DNA of 63,654 bases, the filler included, from Octopus bimaculoides (lineage: Eukaryota), in NCBI RefSeq assembly GCF_001194135.2. It is 4 parts of 4 records of this genome, joined end to end, with 100 filler letters (N's around TTAATTAATTAA, not from the genome) between each part and the next. Parts side by side here need not be neighbours in the genome. Positions count along the whole stretch, not along the records: positions 1 to 29,285 come from NC_068989.1; 3 more parts are not named here. The stretch is one strand, 5' to 3'. Of the stretch, positions 1 to 12,738 are shown one piece after another. Made by a program: the position numbers and the translations under genes. Each line of letters opens with the position of its first letter. Within the stretch, counting starts at the first letter, position 1. Below the pieces are notes generated by a model. The model worked only from the letters and a program-made list of their open reading frames with translations. It was not told the DNA's origin and did not search any database.

Positions 1-36
1 TATATATATACTATAAATTTTATACATACATACAGG

Positions 37-74
<38 letters not shown>

Positions 75-620
75 AATATATATACAAAAACATACACATA
101 TAAATGCACAAAGAGAGAGAAAATAGGAAAGAGAGTCGTAAAGATGTAGAGACAAACAGTGCTTGTATAAGATGGAGTGAGAGTGACTTAGAGAGAAAGA
201 GAAAGACACGCAGACAGAGTGAGTGGGAGAGAGAGAATGCGGAAGGGTGATGCTGATTTCCAGTCAATGGAACATTCTGAGGTTTCAGAGTGGATTTGAA
301 GAATCTTAGCAAAGGAGATCGATCACAATACTTATTCTTTAGTCTTGGACATCCGTTATCGATTGACATTTGCTGAACCGCTTCTTTACGGAACATAAAG
401 TAAGATGAGCGAGTTCTAAGCGGCGTCAGCATAAACATTACCATGGAAACACAAATACAAACACACGTCAAACAGGCGTGCACGAACAAGTACACATATA
501 CATATGAATACAAATATAAATGGATAAACATAAAGCTTCCATAGTTACTTAATGCTTCCGTCCCCTAGTCTTATCAAATTTCAATTAATATGTGAGACTA
601 TATTCGTGCCCATGTGTTTG

Positions 621-688
621 TGTATGTATGTATGTATGTATGTATGTATGTATGTATGAATTTATGTATGTATTGATGTATTTGTGTT

Positions 689-757
<69 letters not shown>

Positions 758-884
758 CTATATATACATATATATATATATATATATGAATATACATATG
801 TGTGTATAATCATGTTCGACTAAAGGTAGTGCTTCAGCATGGCGGCAGTCAAATGACTGAAACGTACATACATACATACATACA

Positions 885-940
<56 letters not shown>

Positions 941-972
941 ACACATGCACACACACACACACACACACATAT
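621..972. repeat. Compound (TGTA)n/(TA)n/(TACA)n/(CA)n microsatellites around a family D SINE tail fragment (813-862)
   Basis: Read directly from the sequence. Confidence 0.95.
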
Positions 973-1236
973 ATCACAGTGTCACAGAATCGACTAGACC
1001 CTCAAATGTCTACAAAAGGCAACAACTATATATCTGTTTCTTCTTAATGTTTTAATTATCTATATAATAGCTAGTATAAATTATACTCTGGCTGATTTTT
1101 TTCTAGGCATCCTTAAGTAGCACAGAGATAGAAAGAAATGAGAAAAGAGAGGTGGCATATGAGTGTACATACAAGGCTTCCTGGCACTCAAAGTATAAAG
1201 AAAATTACATATACACGCTGAGAAAGTTAAAAATCA

Positions 1237-1237
<1 letters not shown>

Positions 1238-1268
<31 letters not shown>

Positions 1269-1271
1269 AAG

Positions 1272-1309
<38 letters not shown>

Positions 1310-1316
1310 GAGAGAG
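1238..1316. repeat. (GATA)n/(GA)n microsatellite
   Basis: Read directly from the sequence. Confidence 0.95.
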
Positions 1317-1419
1317 CCGGGGGTTAGATGCGAGGGAGTAAATGCGAAATAAGTTGGTTTTCGTAGACAAGCTACAACAGCGATTAGTATATTCATGTTC
1401 GAGTCTCCCGAAGCATCTT

Positions 1420-1605
1420 GGTTTCAAATTTTGGCACAAGGCCAGCTAATTCGATGGAGTGCTCGACTGGTCCTTATATTATCGGACCCCGAAAGGATGA
1501 AAGGCAAATCAACCGCAGCGGCATTTGAACCCAGAAGATGAAGACGCAAGAAATGTCGCTAAGTATTTTGTGCAGCATGCTAATAATTCTGCCAGGTCAC
1601 TGCTT
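1420..1605 (-). mobile_element. SINE family C (Deu/Nin-like central domain)
   Basis: gaccccgaaaggatgaaaggcaaa core shared with the 29.8-31.2 kb copies. Confidence 0.75.
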
Positions 1606-2390
1606 TAGTCTGCTATCGGATATTATAATTGTTACATTAAGAACTTACGCTTTAGTTTTCATTAATCTTATTTAGTTTCTTGCCTGAGCACCAAGAAATT
1701 TGATAAACTTTAACCCATAAGTATTATTTGTATAACATATTTTCAGAAAATTACCTATGGCTGCATAAGTATACTTCCGAAGTTACCCATCATTTGATGG
1801 GTAAAACTGTTGTAGGAGTATATGCGAAATTCGTATTCAACCTACCATCGTGTATGGTTAGCTTCGGGAAATATGCGTATAGATGTTACGCTTCTTCACG
1901 CAAATGCATTATCTTTATCTAATCTACGTCCATTCTTCAGAAACTTCATATATGAATTAAGATTTCGGAAGCGTTCTTCAATGTGGGTAAGCAAGCCATT
2001 TCCTCTCATGAGCTTCAATACATATGTAGAGAAGATTATTGAAACTTCACTACATACTCACAAAAGATCAGGTTATTTCTCATTACACACTCATACATAT
2101 AACTGCCGTGAAACTTGCATCGAAATGATGAGGCATGTTTGCAAGACCTGGAATATTTCATCCCTTTTCATTCACTGTTTTTGAACCCATTTGTAACGCC
2201 TCCCATGTAATAACATTGCTCCTCTTTAAGAGTAACTAGTATCAACTACTATCGGCATTGCAGCATATATTCCGAAGACTATATTGCTGATTTACACTTG
2301 TAAACTTTCACTCTACATCTGCATACAAATAGGACATCGGTTAATTTTCAAATATGCATTGAATGGTAAACAATTCGTTTTTCTTCTGGT

Positions 2391-2635
2391 GGAGGCACTT
2401 GGCTTAGTGGTTAGTGTATTGGACTCATGATTGTTAGATTGTGCTCACGATTCTTGGACCGAGTGAAACGTTGTGGTTTTTAGGAAAAACACTTCATTTC
2501 ACGTTGCTCCAATCTACTCAGCTGGCAAAAGTGAGTGATCATGTGACAGACCGATGCCCCGTCCAGGCGGGTAATATATACTCCGGATAACTGGCCTTAT
2601 GATTCATATTGACTTGAGAAGAAAACTTTACCTCT
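2391..2635 (+). mobile_element. tRNA-derived CORE-type SINE, family B
   Basis: ggcttagtggttag head and CORE-like aaacacttcatttcacgttgctccaatctactcagctg. Confidence 0.75.
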
Positions 2636-4069
2636 ACTTTTTCCTTTTTCTTCCCTAAAACCACGATCTCTGTAATTATAATTTAAATGTACGATTGCGC
2701 AAGCTGAGCATGCATTAATACAAATAGTTTCATGCGAAACAATAATTATACAACTGTTGTGGCAAATATCACATGATTCTCAAACCTCTTTATCTCTTCA
2801 TTTCCCATCTGCTACCTGTTGAAATTTTGTCTCCAGTGCAAAAGGATTGTAACGATAATTGTCATTGATCCATCTGTACCATTTACTTTCAATGTATTTT
2901 AATCTGATTTGAAGGTTTCCGTACTATAAAGTTACTCACTACAGTGAATGCAAGTCTTGAGATGGAAGCAGAAAATATCATACTTTTAAGACCTTGGTGC
3001 AGACAAATAAAACACCCGAGCTTTGGTCGATGAAGCATCGCTACTAAGAAAGATAGACTGAAGTCGATGTGATATGAATGGCACATCTTTTACAATTCTT
3101 CGTCATGATAATGTTGCACGAACGAAGAGTTTTAACCCTACACGGTCTAATTATATTGAAAGAAGAGCAATGAATGATATTCTACGTTGGTCAGTGTTAG
3201 GAGGTGGAATGTGGTTGTATTTTGTTTTTATTGCAACTCCGCGTTACTGTTTATTTTTCATTCGTTTTGTGCCTTTCGGGTGGTGACAGTAAAGTAAAAA
3301 CTAAGATGTCATTAACTCGATAGATTAAATTAAAGTAAAATGAGTCAGGAATTGATAGAGGAACAAAATTGGGAAAGTATAGACAGATATTTAGAGACAT
3401 TATATTTTAGTACAATCGAAATATGGCTTCCTCCACAAACTGTGTTACATATTCTCTCCCGAAGCTAGTAATTATCAGCGACCATTAGAATTACAATAAT
3501 TTGCATAATAGGAGTTCATTGCATATGCATGTATTGTTCTTGTCAATATTATATTTCACATATAATTATCAGCTTATTTGTTGTAACTACTTTATATTAT
3601 TATATTCTATAATATTATATTACATTAAAATGGCGATATCAATTGTATATGATATGACTAAGTTTATGATTGTTATGCACTAACCCATGAGCTCTGTTCA
3701 AGATCCGGCGGTTAATCATGTATTTTTAATATTTTGAATTAATATTTTCGGAAATAGTTTTTCTTGGTTTGCTTTCATTTATATTGTTTATTTGTTCTCA
3801 GCAGGTTACACTAGGTTGGCTGATTCTGAAAATTATTACATTTAAATTTCATAAATATTGTCGATATTTGTTTCACACTATTCCATCTGCATGTAGGAAA
3901 CTTTGGCATTATATCATGAACACGACCGCTCAACCCGCTACAATGAACAGCCTAAATATAACTCAAATTCATACCCTGCTCTCATAAAAGAACGTAAGAC
4001 AAATTCCTCAATATATAGATTTTGATGTACAAAGATCACGACGATTAATTCTAAATTCACTTTAAACAT

Positions 4070-4446
4070 GTTGTTTTGGCACTCCGTCGCTTACGATGTC
4101 GTGGGTTCCGATCAACGGAACAGCCTGCTCGTGAAATTAACGTGCAAGTGGCTGAGCACTCCACAGACACGTGTACCCTTAGCGTAGTTCTCGGGGATAT
4201 TCAGCGTGACACAGTGTGACAAGGCTGGCCCTTTGAATTACAGGTACAACAGGAACAGGAAGAAAGAGTGAGAGAAAGATGAGGTGAAAGAGTACAACAG
4301 GGTTCGCCACCATCCCCTGCCAGAGCCTCGTGGAGCTTTCGGTGTTTTCGCTCAATAAGCACTCACAACGCCCAGTCTAGGAATCGAAACCGCGATCCTA
4401 TGACCGCGAGTCCGCTGCCCTAACCACTGGGCCAATGCGCCTCCAC
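4070..4446 (-). mobile_element. tRNA-derived SINE, family A, full length
   Basis: Reverse complement of 56872-57259; tRNA-like A/B box head and (CAA)n-type tail. Confidence 0.85.
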
Positions 4447-5167
4447 GCTTTAAACATATATATGCTCATTCAATGATGACATGGGACTCATGAACAGCAA
4501 AAAAATATATTAGAATTAGTTTTCTTGTAGTGAACATTTCGTAACAGTGATAATCAACATTATGTAACTAATTTATACACTTGGTTATTGAATATCTCGT
4601 CTGCAATCAAACACAATATTCAGTTTGAAAGAGCGTTCTTAAAGAAGTAAGTGCATAAAGACGTAGTGTTGGTGACGTAGCAGCGATGAAAAGAATGCGT
4701 AATATAGACATGGATAATAGTAAAAAGGAATAGCACTTCTTATGCGTCTGTATGTGTATATATGTATATATGCATTTGGATATGTGTGTGCTTAATGTAT
4801 ATCTGCATATGTATATATATATATATATATTATTTTGTTTAAAAGAGTTCCAACACTGTCTGTTTTTTATGTTTTATTTATATTCCTGCAGAACCAATGT
4901 GGGGTATAGAATATGGAATATACAATATATAATATAATATACAATATATAATATAATATACAATATATAATATAAAATAAAATAAAATAAAAATGGATGG
5001 CACCATGTAAAAAAGTATTGAATGTAGATGAAATATTGAGTGTTCAATATAAAGGATCAAATATATAAATATATAAATATAAATATATAAAGGCGACTCG
5101 AGTTTCAGGGCTATTTCCCTTCGTCANNNNNNNNNNNNNNNNNNNNNNNNNNNNNNNNNNNNNNNNN

Positions 5168-5598
5168 CTAGGTCTTGATTGAGCAATGCATTTCGTGGAT
5201 GAAATACGATCCGGTGGTCGTGACTGAATTGCCCATAATATAGATTTCTTCAAACATGGTGAAATTTAAAGACTTCCTTCGCTCAAGAATGACCATGGGA
5301 TTGCAGCTAGAAAGTACCCCTCCGAGGCAAAAATCTGCGCAAGGTTGTTTACGGAAGACCAGAAGACCATGCATACCAGCCTCACTCTCCACATTACCAA
5401 TATTATCCCAAGGAAAAGCAAAGACGGATACAGCTTGACACCAGTCACATCGCAACCTATTTCTACAGCTGAATGATGTGGAGCAACGTAAAGTAAAGTG
5501 TCTTGGTCAAGAACACAACACTTACCGCGGTCCGAGAATCAAACTCACAACCCCATGATTGTAAGTCCGAAGCTCTAACCACTTAGCTATGCGCCTTC
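5168..5598 (-). mobile_element. tRNA-derived CORE-type SINE, family B-related
   Basis: cagctgaatgatgtggagcaacgtaaagtaaagtgtcttggtcaagaacacaac...ctaaccacttagctatgcgcc is the reverse complement of head plus CORE. Confidence 0.75.
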
Positions 5599-6386
5599 GC
5601 GGTGAAATTTAGGTTAAACAAAAAGAGAAACTACTTAGCAAGTGGAAGGAGAGCATGTATAGGTCATCTTAAATATTCGAAACAACAGCAAAATATCAGA
5701 AATATCAGAAATACATTAAAACACATTGTGTCTGAAAAACAACAATGAAGTGTTTGTGAACGAATTGCTTTTGATTATAAAGTCTGTTCCATCCAAACTG
5801 ACGTCTCTCCACAGGAGTGGGGAATGTGCTTGACACAATTATACCTCAGTTAATGAGCAGAACCTAAGACCTCACTGGTTAGGAGATACACGTATCACGG
5901 TTAATTTATTATAACAAAGTCAATAATACAATTGTTAGAATTTCACACTACTTTTCAAACAAGAATTTACTTTCATTCTTATCAATTTTAATAATTAACC
6001 CTTTTCGACGCAGATCAGTTTTTTTCTGTGAACTATAAATTTCTTTTTCAGTTCAACGAATATCGCAACGAACACTTTCTCGCGCTAAAAACCTTTACCA
6101 AAAATATGTTTTTTCTTCATTGATAACTAGAATCTTCTCGGATATATTTCCTTCAAAATATTGTTTATGTTTAGCGATGTGGCAGGCAATTCCTACTATT
6201 ACCATAGCATTTTATGACATCGTTGTTGAATGCGGTTCTCTTTATTGTCAGCAGTCATATCTGAATTGTATGTGAGAAATGGGAACAGAAAGCTTTCTTT
6301 TTATTTATCGTTTTGTATATTTGTGCGTAACTCATTTTGTTAGAGTATGTTTAGTTAGTGATGCATCACGTAATTGAACTCCTCAG

Positions 6387-6524
6387 ACTCTAGCTACAGA
6401 CATAGGAGGAGGCAATGCAGAGGCTGTAAGAGATATACCGGAAGTAGAGTCAATGTTGGTTGATCTACTAGAAATAGCTGTCAAAAATTTACTAAATGAC
6501 GCATTATTGTCTGACCTACAAAAC
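6387..6524 (+). CDS. Candidate coding exon of an unidentified gene or pseudogene
   Basis: cag|...|gtaagg boundaries, 138 nt, open frame TLATDIGGGNAEAVRDIPEVESMLVDLLEIAVKNLLNDALLSDLQN. 21 of 46 codons start with G, a coding-like bias. No family recognised. Confidence 0.35.
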
Positions 6525-7098
6525 GTAAGGTTATGCAGTTCCAGATATTCGACAAAGCGGATGAGTATGGTAAGATGGTTTCGATTACATGGTCATAGCG
6601 ATTAGTAGTTTAGAATCCAATATACTCATATTTTACACTAAACAATCTGGTCAGTACAGAAGATAGTAGCAGTTAATGAATGACAGAAGCACCGTAATTA
6701 CGTTTGCGCTTTCATTAGCTTGCAGCTATTTCAGATGCCATATTTTCCATTGGATGCATTTCCCAACCCACTTTCTCAAATATGGACTTACCTGGGATTA
6801 TACGTAAGGAGGTACACCTCCAAAAAATATGGATAAAAACCCATACCTCGTGGAACAGGATGAACTATTAGTCTTGGTCTTAATGCTTTTCTCTGCACCA
6901 AATTTTCTATGTACACTCCCAAGTAAAAATTTCCTGTATATATATCTTGTCTCGGATGACTGAATACCCAGTATATGGAAATGTGGATCAACATATTGGT
7001 CCATTATCTGGGATATTCCAGAAAATCTGTAAGACATTGTTATTAACTTTTTTCTTACTTCGATTCACCATTATAACAATTAGAATAATTTAAATGAT

Positions 7099-7620
7099 CT
7101 GACCCGCTTCCAGTTATTGCAGTAAACGGAACTTGTACACGTATAATCGTACATGTCTCTACATGTCACATAGTAACTTGCAGCTTTCCACTAGTATTTG
7201 CTTGTCTTTTATGGCTCCTGAAGTGGACTATAGTGTTATAATGGAGGTCGTTAAATGGAGATCAATGATCAGGTTTTTATACATGAAAGGTCGTGCACCA
7301 AAAGAGACTTTCGATGAGATGAAAGAGGTTTATGGTGACGATGCACCATCATACGACATAGTCAAGCACTGGCATCGTCAGTTCAAATGGGATCGAACAG
7401 CGGTGGAAACTATCCCTATCCCTGGATGACCACGTTCCGCCTTAAAGTAGAAGCCGCTATTTTGGAGGGTCACTTCATAACTAATCGGTAATTAGCCCGA
7501 GAAAAAAATCATTCACGACCATTCGCACATGCGAAAGTTGTCTGCACGAGGGATTCCCCGGATGCTTATATGTTTTCAGAAGCAGGAAGGAGTCAATTGC
7601 TCCCAGGAAATGTTGGCAAT
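7099..7620 (+). mobile_element. Mariner transposon, 5' half (HTH region, decayed)
   Basis: MEVVKWRSMIRFLYMKGRAPKETFDEMKEVYGDDAPSYDIVKHWHRQFK is a mariner N-terminal HTH. It is followed by a KLSARxIPRML (WVPR-like) motif. Confidence 0.85.
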
Positions 7621-7750
7621 TTAGGAAGAATTTAATAAAATGATTTAAAAATTATGTAGAGAAAGTATAAAATATTACCGGTTTCGATGATGAATTTCAT
7701 CTTCTCAAATATTATTAAGAATTTATAAAAAATTGAATATATATATGTGT

Positions 7751-7796
<46 letters not shown>

Positions 7797-9024
7797 GCGC
7801 GCGATTGTGTGTGCGTGTGTGTGTGTGTGTAGGTATGTATATATGTATAATCCATTCATCAATTCATTTACTGCTCCATTACTCGCTGAAATAATATATT
7901 GTAAGTTACAAATTCAGTATATTCATGCATTCAAGTAGTCCATTTGATATCTATCAAATCTCTGGATTTGATATATTTAACGCTTGTAGACAATACCTTA
8001 TATCAAAAGCTTCACTTTAAGTAGATTATGTAGCATATTATTTTGTATTATTGGTAATGAGTCTGCTAAATCGTACTAGGCAATATAGATAACATGAAAT
8101 GATACAGTTTTATTGGTTATAACTATTTCAAGCAAGGTATGGTCAGTCTGCTGATTAAAATGAACAATCAGATAAGCTGAGCTATGTGCAGCAAATAAAC
8201 ACGTAAGCAAATATATTCAGAATTTGCCATTAGTATATTTTGTAATGTATTTGGACGATTATATATATTTATGATCTATAATAGTACTTGGTTCTTATAT
8301 ACATGATCCATAAAAGTGCTTGATGTTCCTTCGTGTCTATTTCGAATTGCATTCATTCATATATGTATATGGGATATTTGTGTGAAGGTATTTATATATA
8401 TATGATGTCTATGAGTGTGTTTATACATATACAGACACGCGACACAAGAGGGGTGAAAGACCGAATGTTGCAGAATGCTTTGTACTAATATATGGAAGGT
8501 GTATTGAATACATATTAGCTCTGCAAAAGTTGCTCTCCTATGACAAAAGGCAACGGTGATTATCCTATTCATGTGCGAAGCTACTGAGACGTATTATGAA
8601 TAAATATGACAGTCACCTTACAGACTGAGTGGTTTACAGATGGTATCTGCTCAGATTAATTCTAAAAATGGACAAAATGATAGAATACACGAACGTGTAT
8701 ATCTAAAAAAATTATGTAAGAGAACACCTCAAATTTATACAATTGTGTCAGTACTTAATCATTTTTCTGAAGGCAAGAATAAAGAAACTCAGTTCATATG
8801 ATTTAGTGCAATAAGATGATAACGGAATAAATAAAACAAAGTAAGGATTTCAAAAGTGTAGCATTACCTTAATTTTAATATGCATTAAACCACCTATAAT
8901 TATTAGTACACATCTTCAGTTCATTTTGGTTATCTGCGTAAGAGTTTCTTTATGACTGTTATCAATAACAATAGATTACTCTCTCACATCCTCCCTTTCT
9001 CTCTCACAGTTTGCGTGCCAGTCT

Positions 9025-9270
9025 CTCTGACTCCTCTCTCTCTCTACTCTCTCTCTCTACTCTCTTTCTCTACTCTCTCTCTCTACTCTCTCTCTCTACT
9101 CTCTTTCTCTACTCTCTCTCTCTCTACTCTCTTTCTCTACTCTCTCTCTCTCTACTCTCTCTCTCTCTCTCTCTCTACTCTCTATCTCTCTCTACTCTCT
9201 CGCTGTCTACTCTCTCCCTCTACTCTCTCTGTCTCTCTCTGTCTCTCTGTCTGTCTCTCTCTGTCTCTCT
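9025..9270. repeat. (CT)n tract punctuated by TA (polypyrimidine)
   Basis: Repeating ctactctctct units running into a gap. Confidence 0.95.
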
Positions 9271-9405
9271 NNNNNNNNNNNNNNNNNNNNNNNNNNNNNN
9301 NNNNNNNNNNNNNNNNNNNNNNNNNNNNNNNNNNNNNNNNNNNNNNNNNNNNNNNNNNNNNNNNNNNNNNNNNNNNNNNNNNNNNNNNNNNNNNNNNCAC
9401 ACACA

Positions 9406-10091
9406 CACAAGGGGGTGCTCATTAAAGATTTCTACTGACCCACTTCCCAAGGGCTGCGATAAACGAAACTTGGCATAGTTATTACTTCTTCTCCCATCGC
9501 TTTATGCACCTGTGAAGACCTCGTATGTAGAAGTCGGTAGGTTGCGTCTGGAGCCAAGACTTTACCTCGGAAATAAGTTCATCATCATCCAAAAAGTGCT
9601 TCCCCTTCAAAAAGGTCTACATGGTTGGAAAGAGGTGGAAGTCAGATGGTGCGAGGTTGGGAAAGAAAAGTGGATGAAGAAGCATTTCATAGCCGCTGCA
9701 GTGTGCTTTCATCTGAGCAACATGCGCATTGTGAACTGGGGTGTTGTCTTCGAGGAGGCGGACTCCTTTGATCGGCATGTGACGCATCTCTGCTTTGATG
9801 ACGTCCAGCAATTTCTGTAACAGAGAAGCTTAATATGCCCCGTTAATTGAGGTGTCTTTTGCCAGAGAATCCATCTTCACTACTCTGCCCTGGTTCCAAA
9901 AGACTGAGCATCACCTTGCCTGCTGAAGTTTGGATACGAGCCTTCTTTGGAGGTCGTGAGTTATCATGCTTCTGTTGCTTCAACTGGACTATAGTGATTG
10001 ACCGATGTGCCATTCTGTGTGATATGTCTGCCGAAAAAGTCATCCTCGTTTTCTTGGCACATTGCCAAAAGTCCCCGGGAGGAACTGACTC
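9406..10091 (-). mobile_element. Mariner transposon, 3' half (DD34D catalytic region plus TIR, decayed)
   Basis: Minus-strand PPKKARIQTSAGKVM, LLEDNTPVH and HPLFFPNLAPSDFHLFP motifs. TIR-like end aagggggtgctc at about 9406-9420. Confidence 0.9.
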
Positions 10092-11313
10092 GTACCAAAT
10101 GTATAAAGTTACGATTATTATAAACTATACTATTTATTACATAAAAATGTTAAAAATATATGAATAAATAAAGTATCAGAATTTCACTTAGTTTTACAGA
10201 AGGAAATAAATTAGAGTAAGCCAATAGTATTATTATTCTATAATTTTTATGTGTGTACAAGTTCGAAGACCATATGATGATATATACTAGATATTCATAT
10301 ATGCATAATTATTCAAAAAGATATATAATCATATACAATAATTATTCTAATGTATTTATTCGTACTGATATAAACATTATTCTTAATAAATAACAAGTAA
10401 AAACATTAATTTACTTTGTTTATAAGAGGGAAACAATCCCGTAAAGCAATGTTTATATATTTATACATTCATTGCTTACGCAAAAATAACCGGAAGTATG
10501 TACTTACAATAGAAATGTTTTCAATCACGACAGGGCCTTTTATAAAATTATTTATATATAATTAGTATTAAATTCAATTTATATAATTTTAATCATTTTG
10601 TATATCGATGATAGCATAATTAAAGCTTATATCTTAACTTTAACTACGCATATAGTGATATAGTTTATACGTAAGAAAAATATACTATGGTACTAATTTT
10701 ATAAATTAATCCATTGAAATATTATAGATATCTTCATTTTTATACTTGTTTAAATCTACTAACTTTTCAGTTTAAATAAAAAAAAATACAAATCATGCAG
10801 TATAACAATACAATTTTAGAACAAACTACAAAACATTCAGTTTAAATAAAAATTTTGCAAGACATTCAGTATAATACCAAAATTTCGCCTCACATACAAT
10901 TACGTAAAATAATGTTATAAAGTTTTGGAAAATATCACAGGGAAAATAAATTTTGTTCACGTCCACTTCAATAACTTAGAAATTTTACCACAAGCTGATG
11001 TACCTATCAGTTTTTTAATTTATAAAAATTAATTAGTTTCAGTTTGTTTATGCATACATTCACCTCATANNNNNNNNNNNNNNNNNNNNNNNNNNNNNNN
11101 NNNNNNNNNNNNNNNNNNNNNNNNNNNNNNNNTATATATATATAAATATATATATATATATGTGTGTGTATATATATGTATATATATATATATCAGTAGG
11201 TTTGGAGGTGATTTACAGATATTACATATTAGAAAACAATAAAATACTCAGAGATCTGGATGGTTGTACATATACACATATTTATTAACAAATCATATGT
11301 TTTTACGAATCAC

Positions 11314-11353
11314 ATATAAGCGCTTTCATCTACTCTAATAGATTCAGCAGATT
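11314..11353 (-). ncRNA. Minimal hammerhead ribozyme-like motif (degenerate core)
   Basis: Minus strand: aat CTGCTGA atcta-ttagag-tagat GAAA gcgc TT atat. One change in the CUGANGA core; palindromic AAGCGCTT stem III. Confidence 0.4.
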
Positions 11354-12697
11354 AAAATTTTGTGAAGGGATTTGTCTCTTTTTATGGTATTAGTGAATGG
11401 ATTGGGGTGGAGAGAGAGGAACGAAAGAAGCGTAATGTGGAGTGCATAGGGTAGGAAAAGAGAGAGATAAGAATGGGGAGATAGTGGAGGGAGAAAGTGA
11501 GAGATAGAGTATGTGTTTGTGTGTGTGTGTGTGTCTGTGCGTGTGTATGCGCGCGTGTGTGTGTGCCTATGTATCTGAAAGGAAGCGTTTTGAATAAGAG
11601 ACAAAGTGAAAACGAAAAGAATATATATTTTTAAGTAGGTGGCTATAACAGATGCTTATTTTGGTTCAGCCAGCTTACCTGGGGGTCTGAAAGAAAAGAA
11701 TGTTTACAAAGTGAAAAAATGTGTTTTTTCTTAATGTCAATGGAAAAGGGATGGTAAGAGAGGAAGGAAAAAAGAAAGAAGAAAAAAATGTGTTTATGTC
11801 TTAAACTGGCAATTCTTTATGCCAACAAGCCAGAATTAACTGGGAACATATCTGACAGGGAGAGCTACCAACAATTCCACTAAGTAAACACTTAGAAACA
11901 TGTGCCGAAGGAATGACACCGTCTTCAGAAAAAAATATGGAACAACACTTCATAGCAAAATTCTCCCCGAAACTAAATGGCTGAAAATATGAAAATCACA
12001 TCAACATTCTTATAAACCCCTCTGGAACCGTAAGATATATGCATATGTGCGTGTGTGTATGTATATACATTCTCGTATACAGATTTTCCCGCCCATGCCA
12101 GCATGGGAACCAAGCATTGAACAATCATGATGATAATGATGATGATAATAAGTCCAGACAATTTTTTGAAAAATAACTTCCATTATTCCTCATCAACAGA
12201 CCCTCCTTACAGTAACCACATGGTCTTGCCATTTTTACGCACCAAGAATCAACTTGCCATCTTCTATTGAAAGAACTGACCAACTGTATAGATATAAACA
12301 CATATTTTTTCTTCTTTCTTTCTTCCTCTTTTCCATTAACAGTAAGAAACAACACATTTTTTCACTTTGAAAACATTTTTCTTTCAGACCCCTGGTAATC
12401 TGGCTGGACCAAAGTAAGCATCTGTTATAGCCACCTACTTAAAAATATATATTCTTTTCTCTTTGTCTCTTGTTCAATACGCATTCTTTCAGATACACAG
12501 GCACACACACACGCGCACTCATGCACACATACACACAAGCACACACACTCTCTCTCAATTTTCCCCTCCACTATTTCCTCATTCCTCTCCCTTTTTTCTA
12601 CTCTTTACCCTCCACATAACTCTTCTTTCGCCCCTCTCTCTCCACCCCAACCCATTCACTAATACTATAAAAAGAGACAAATCCCTTCACAAAATTT

Positions 12698-12738
12698 AAA
12701 TCTGAAGAATCTATTATAGTAGATGAAAGTGCTTATAT
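12698..12738 (+). ncRNA. Minimal hammerhead ribozyme-like motif (core intact)
   Basis: aaat CTGAAGA atcta-ttatag-tagat GAAA gtgc TT atat: CUGANGA and GAAA cores with a 5-bp stem II; stem I is weak. Confidence 0.5.

Noticed and set aside
585-1047. Many ORFs of YI/HT/CV/LS dipeptides or X runs throughout the window
   Set aside because: Translations of microsatellites and N gaps.
1745-1870. ENYLW..VGV..NSYS echo of ENYCW..VGV..NCYS at 20781-20860
   Set aside because: It needs a frameshift and an 11-codon gap, and its order conflicts with the other echoes; likely chance.
5995-6005. TTAACCCTTT piggyBac-like end
   Set aside because: No matching opposite end or transposase found.
6792-7026. Minus-strand exon-like segment (cttacag...ccag|gtaagt); acttacctgg also resembles the U1 snRNA 5' end
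   Set aside because: All three frames contain a stop before the donor, and there is no further U1 similarity. An earlier AG|GTATGG donor would leave one open frame, so it is not fully excluded.
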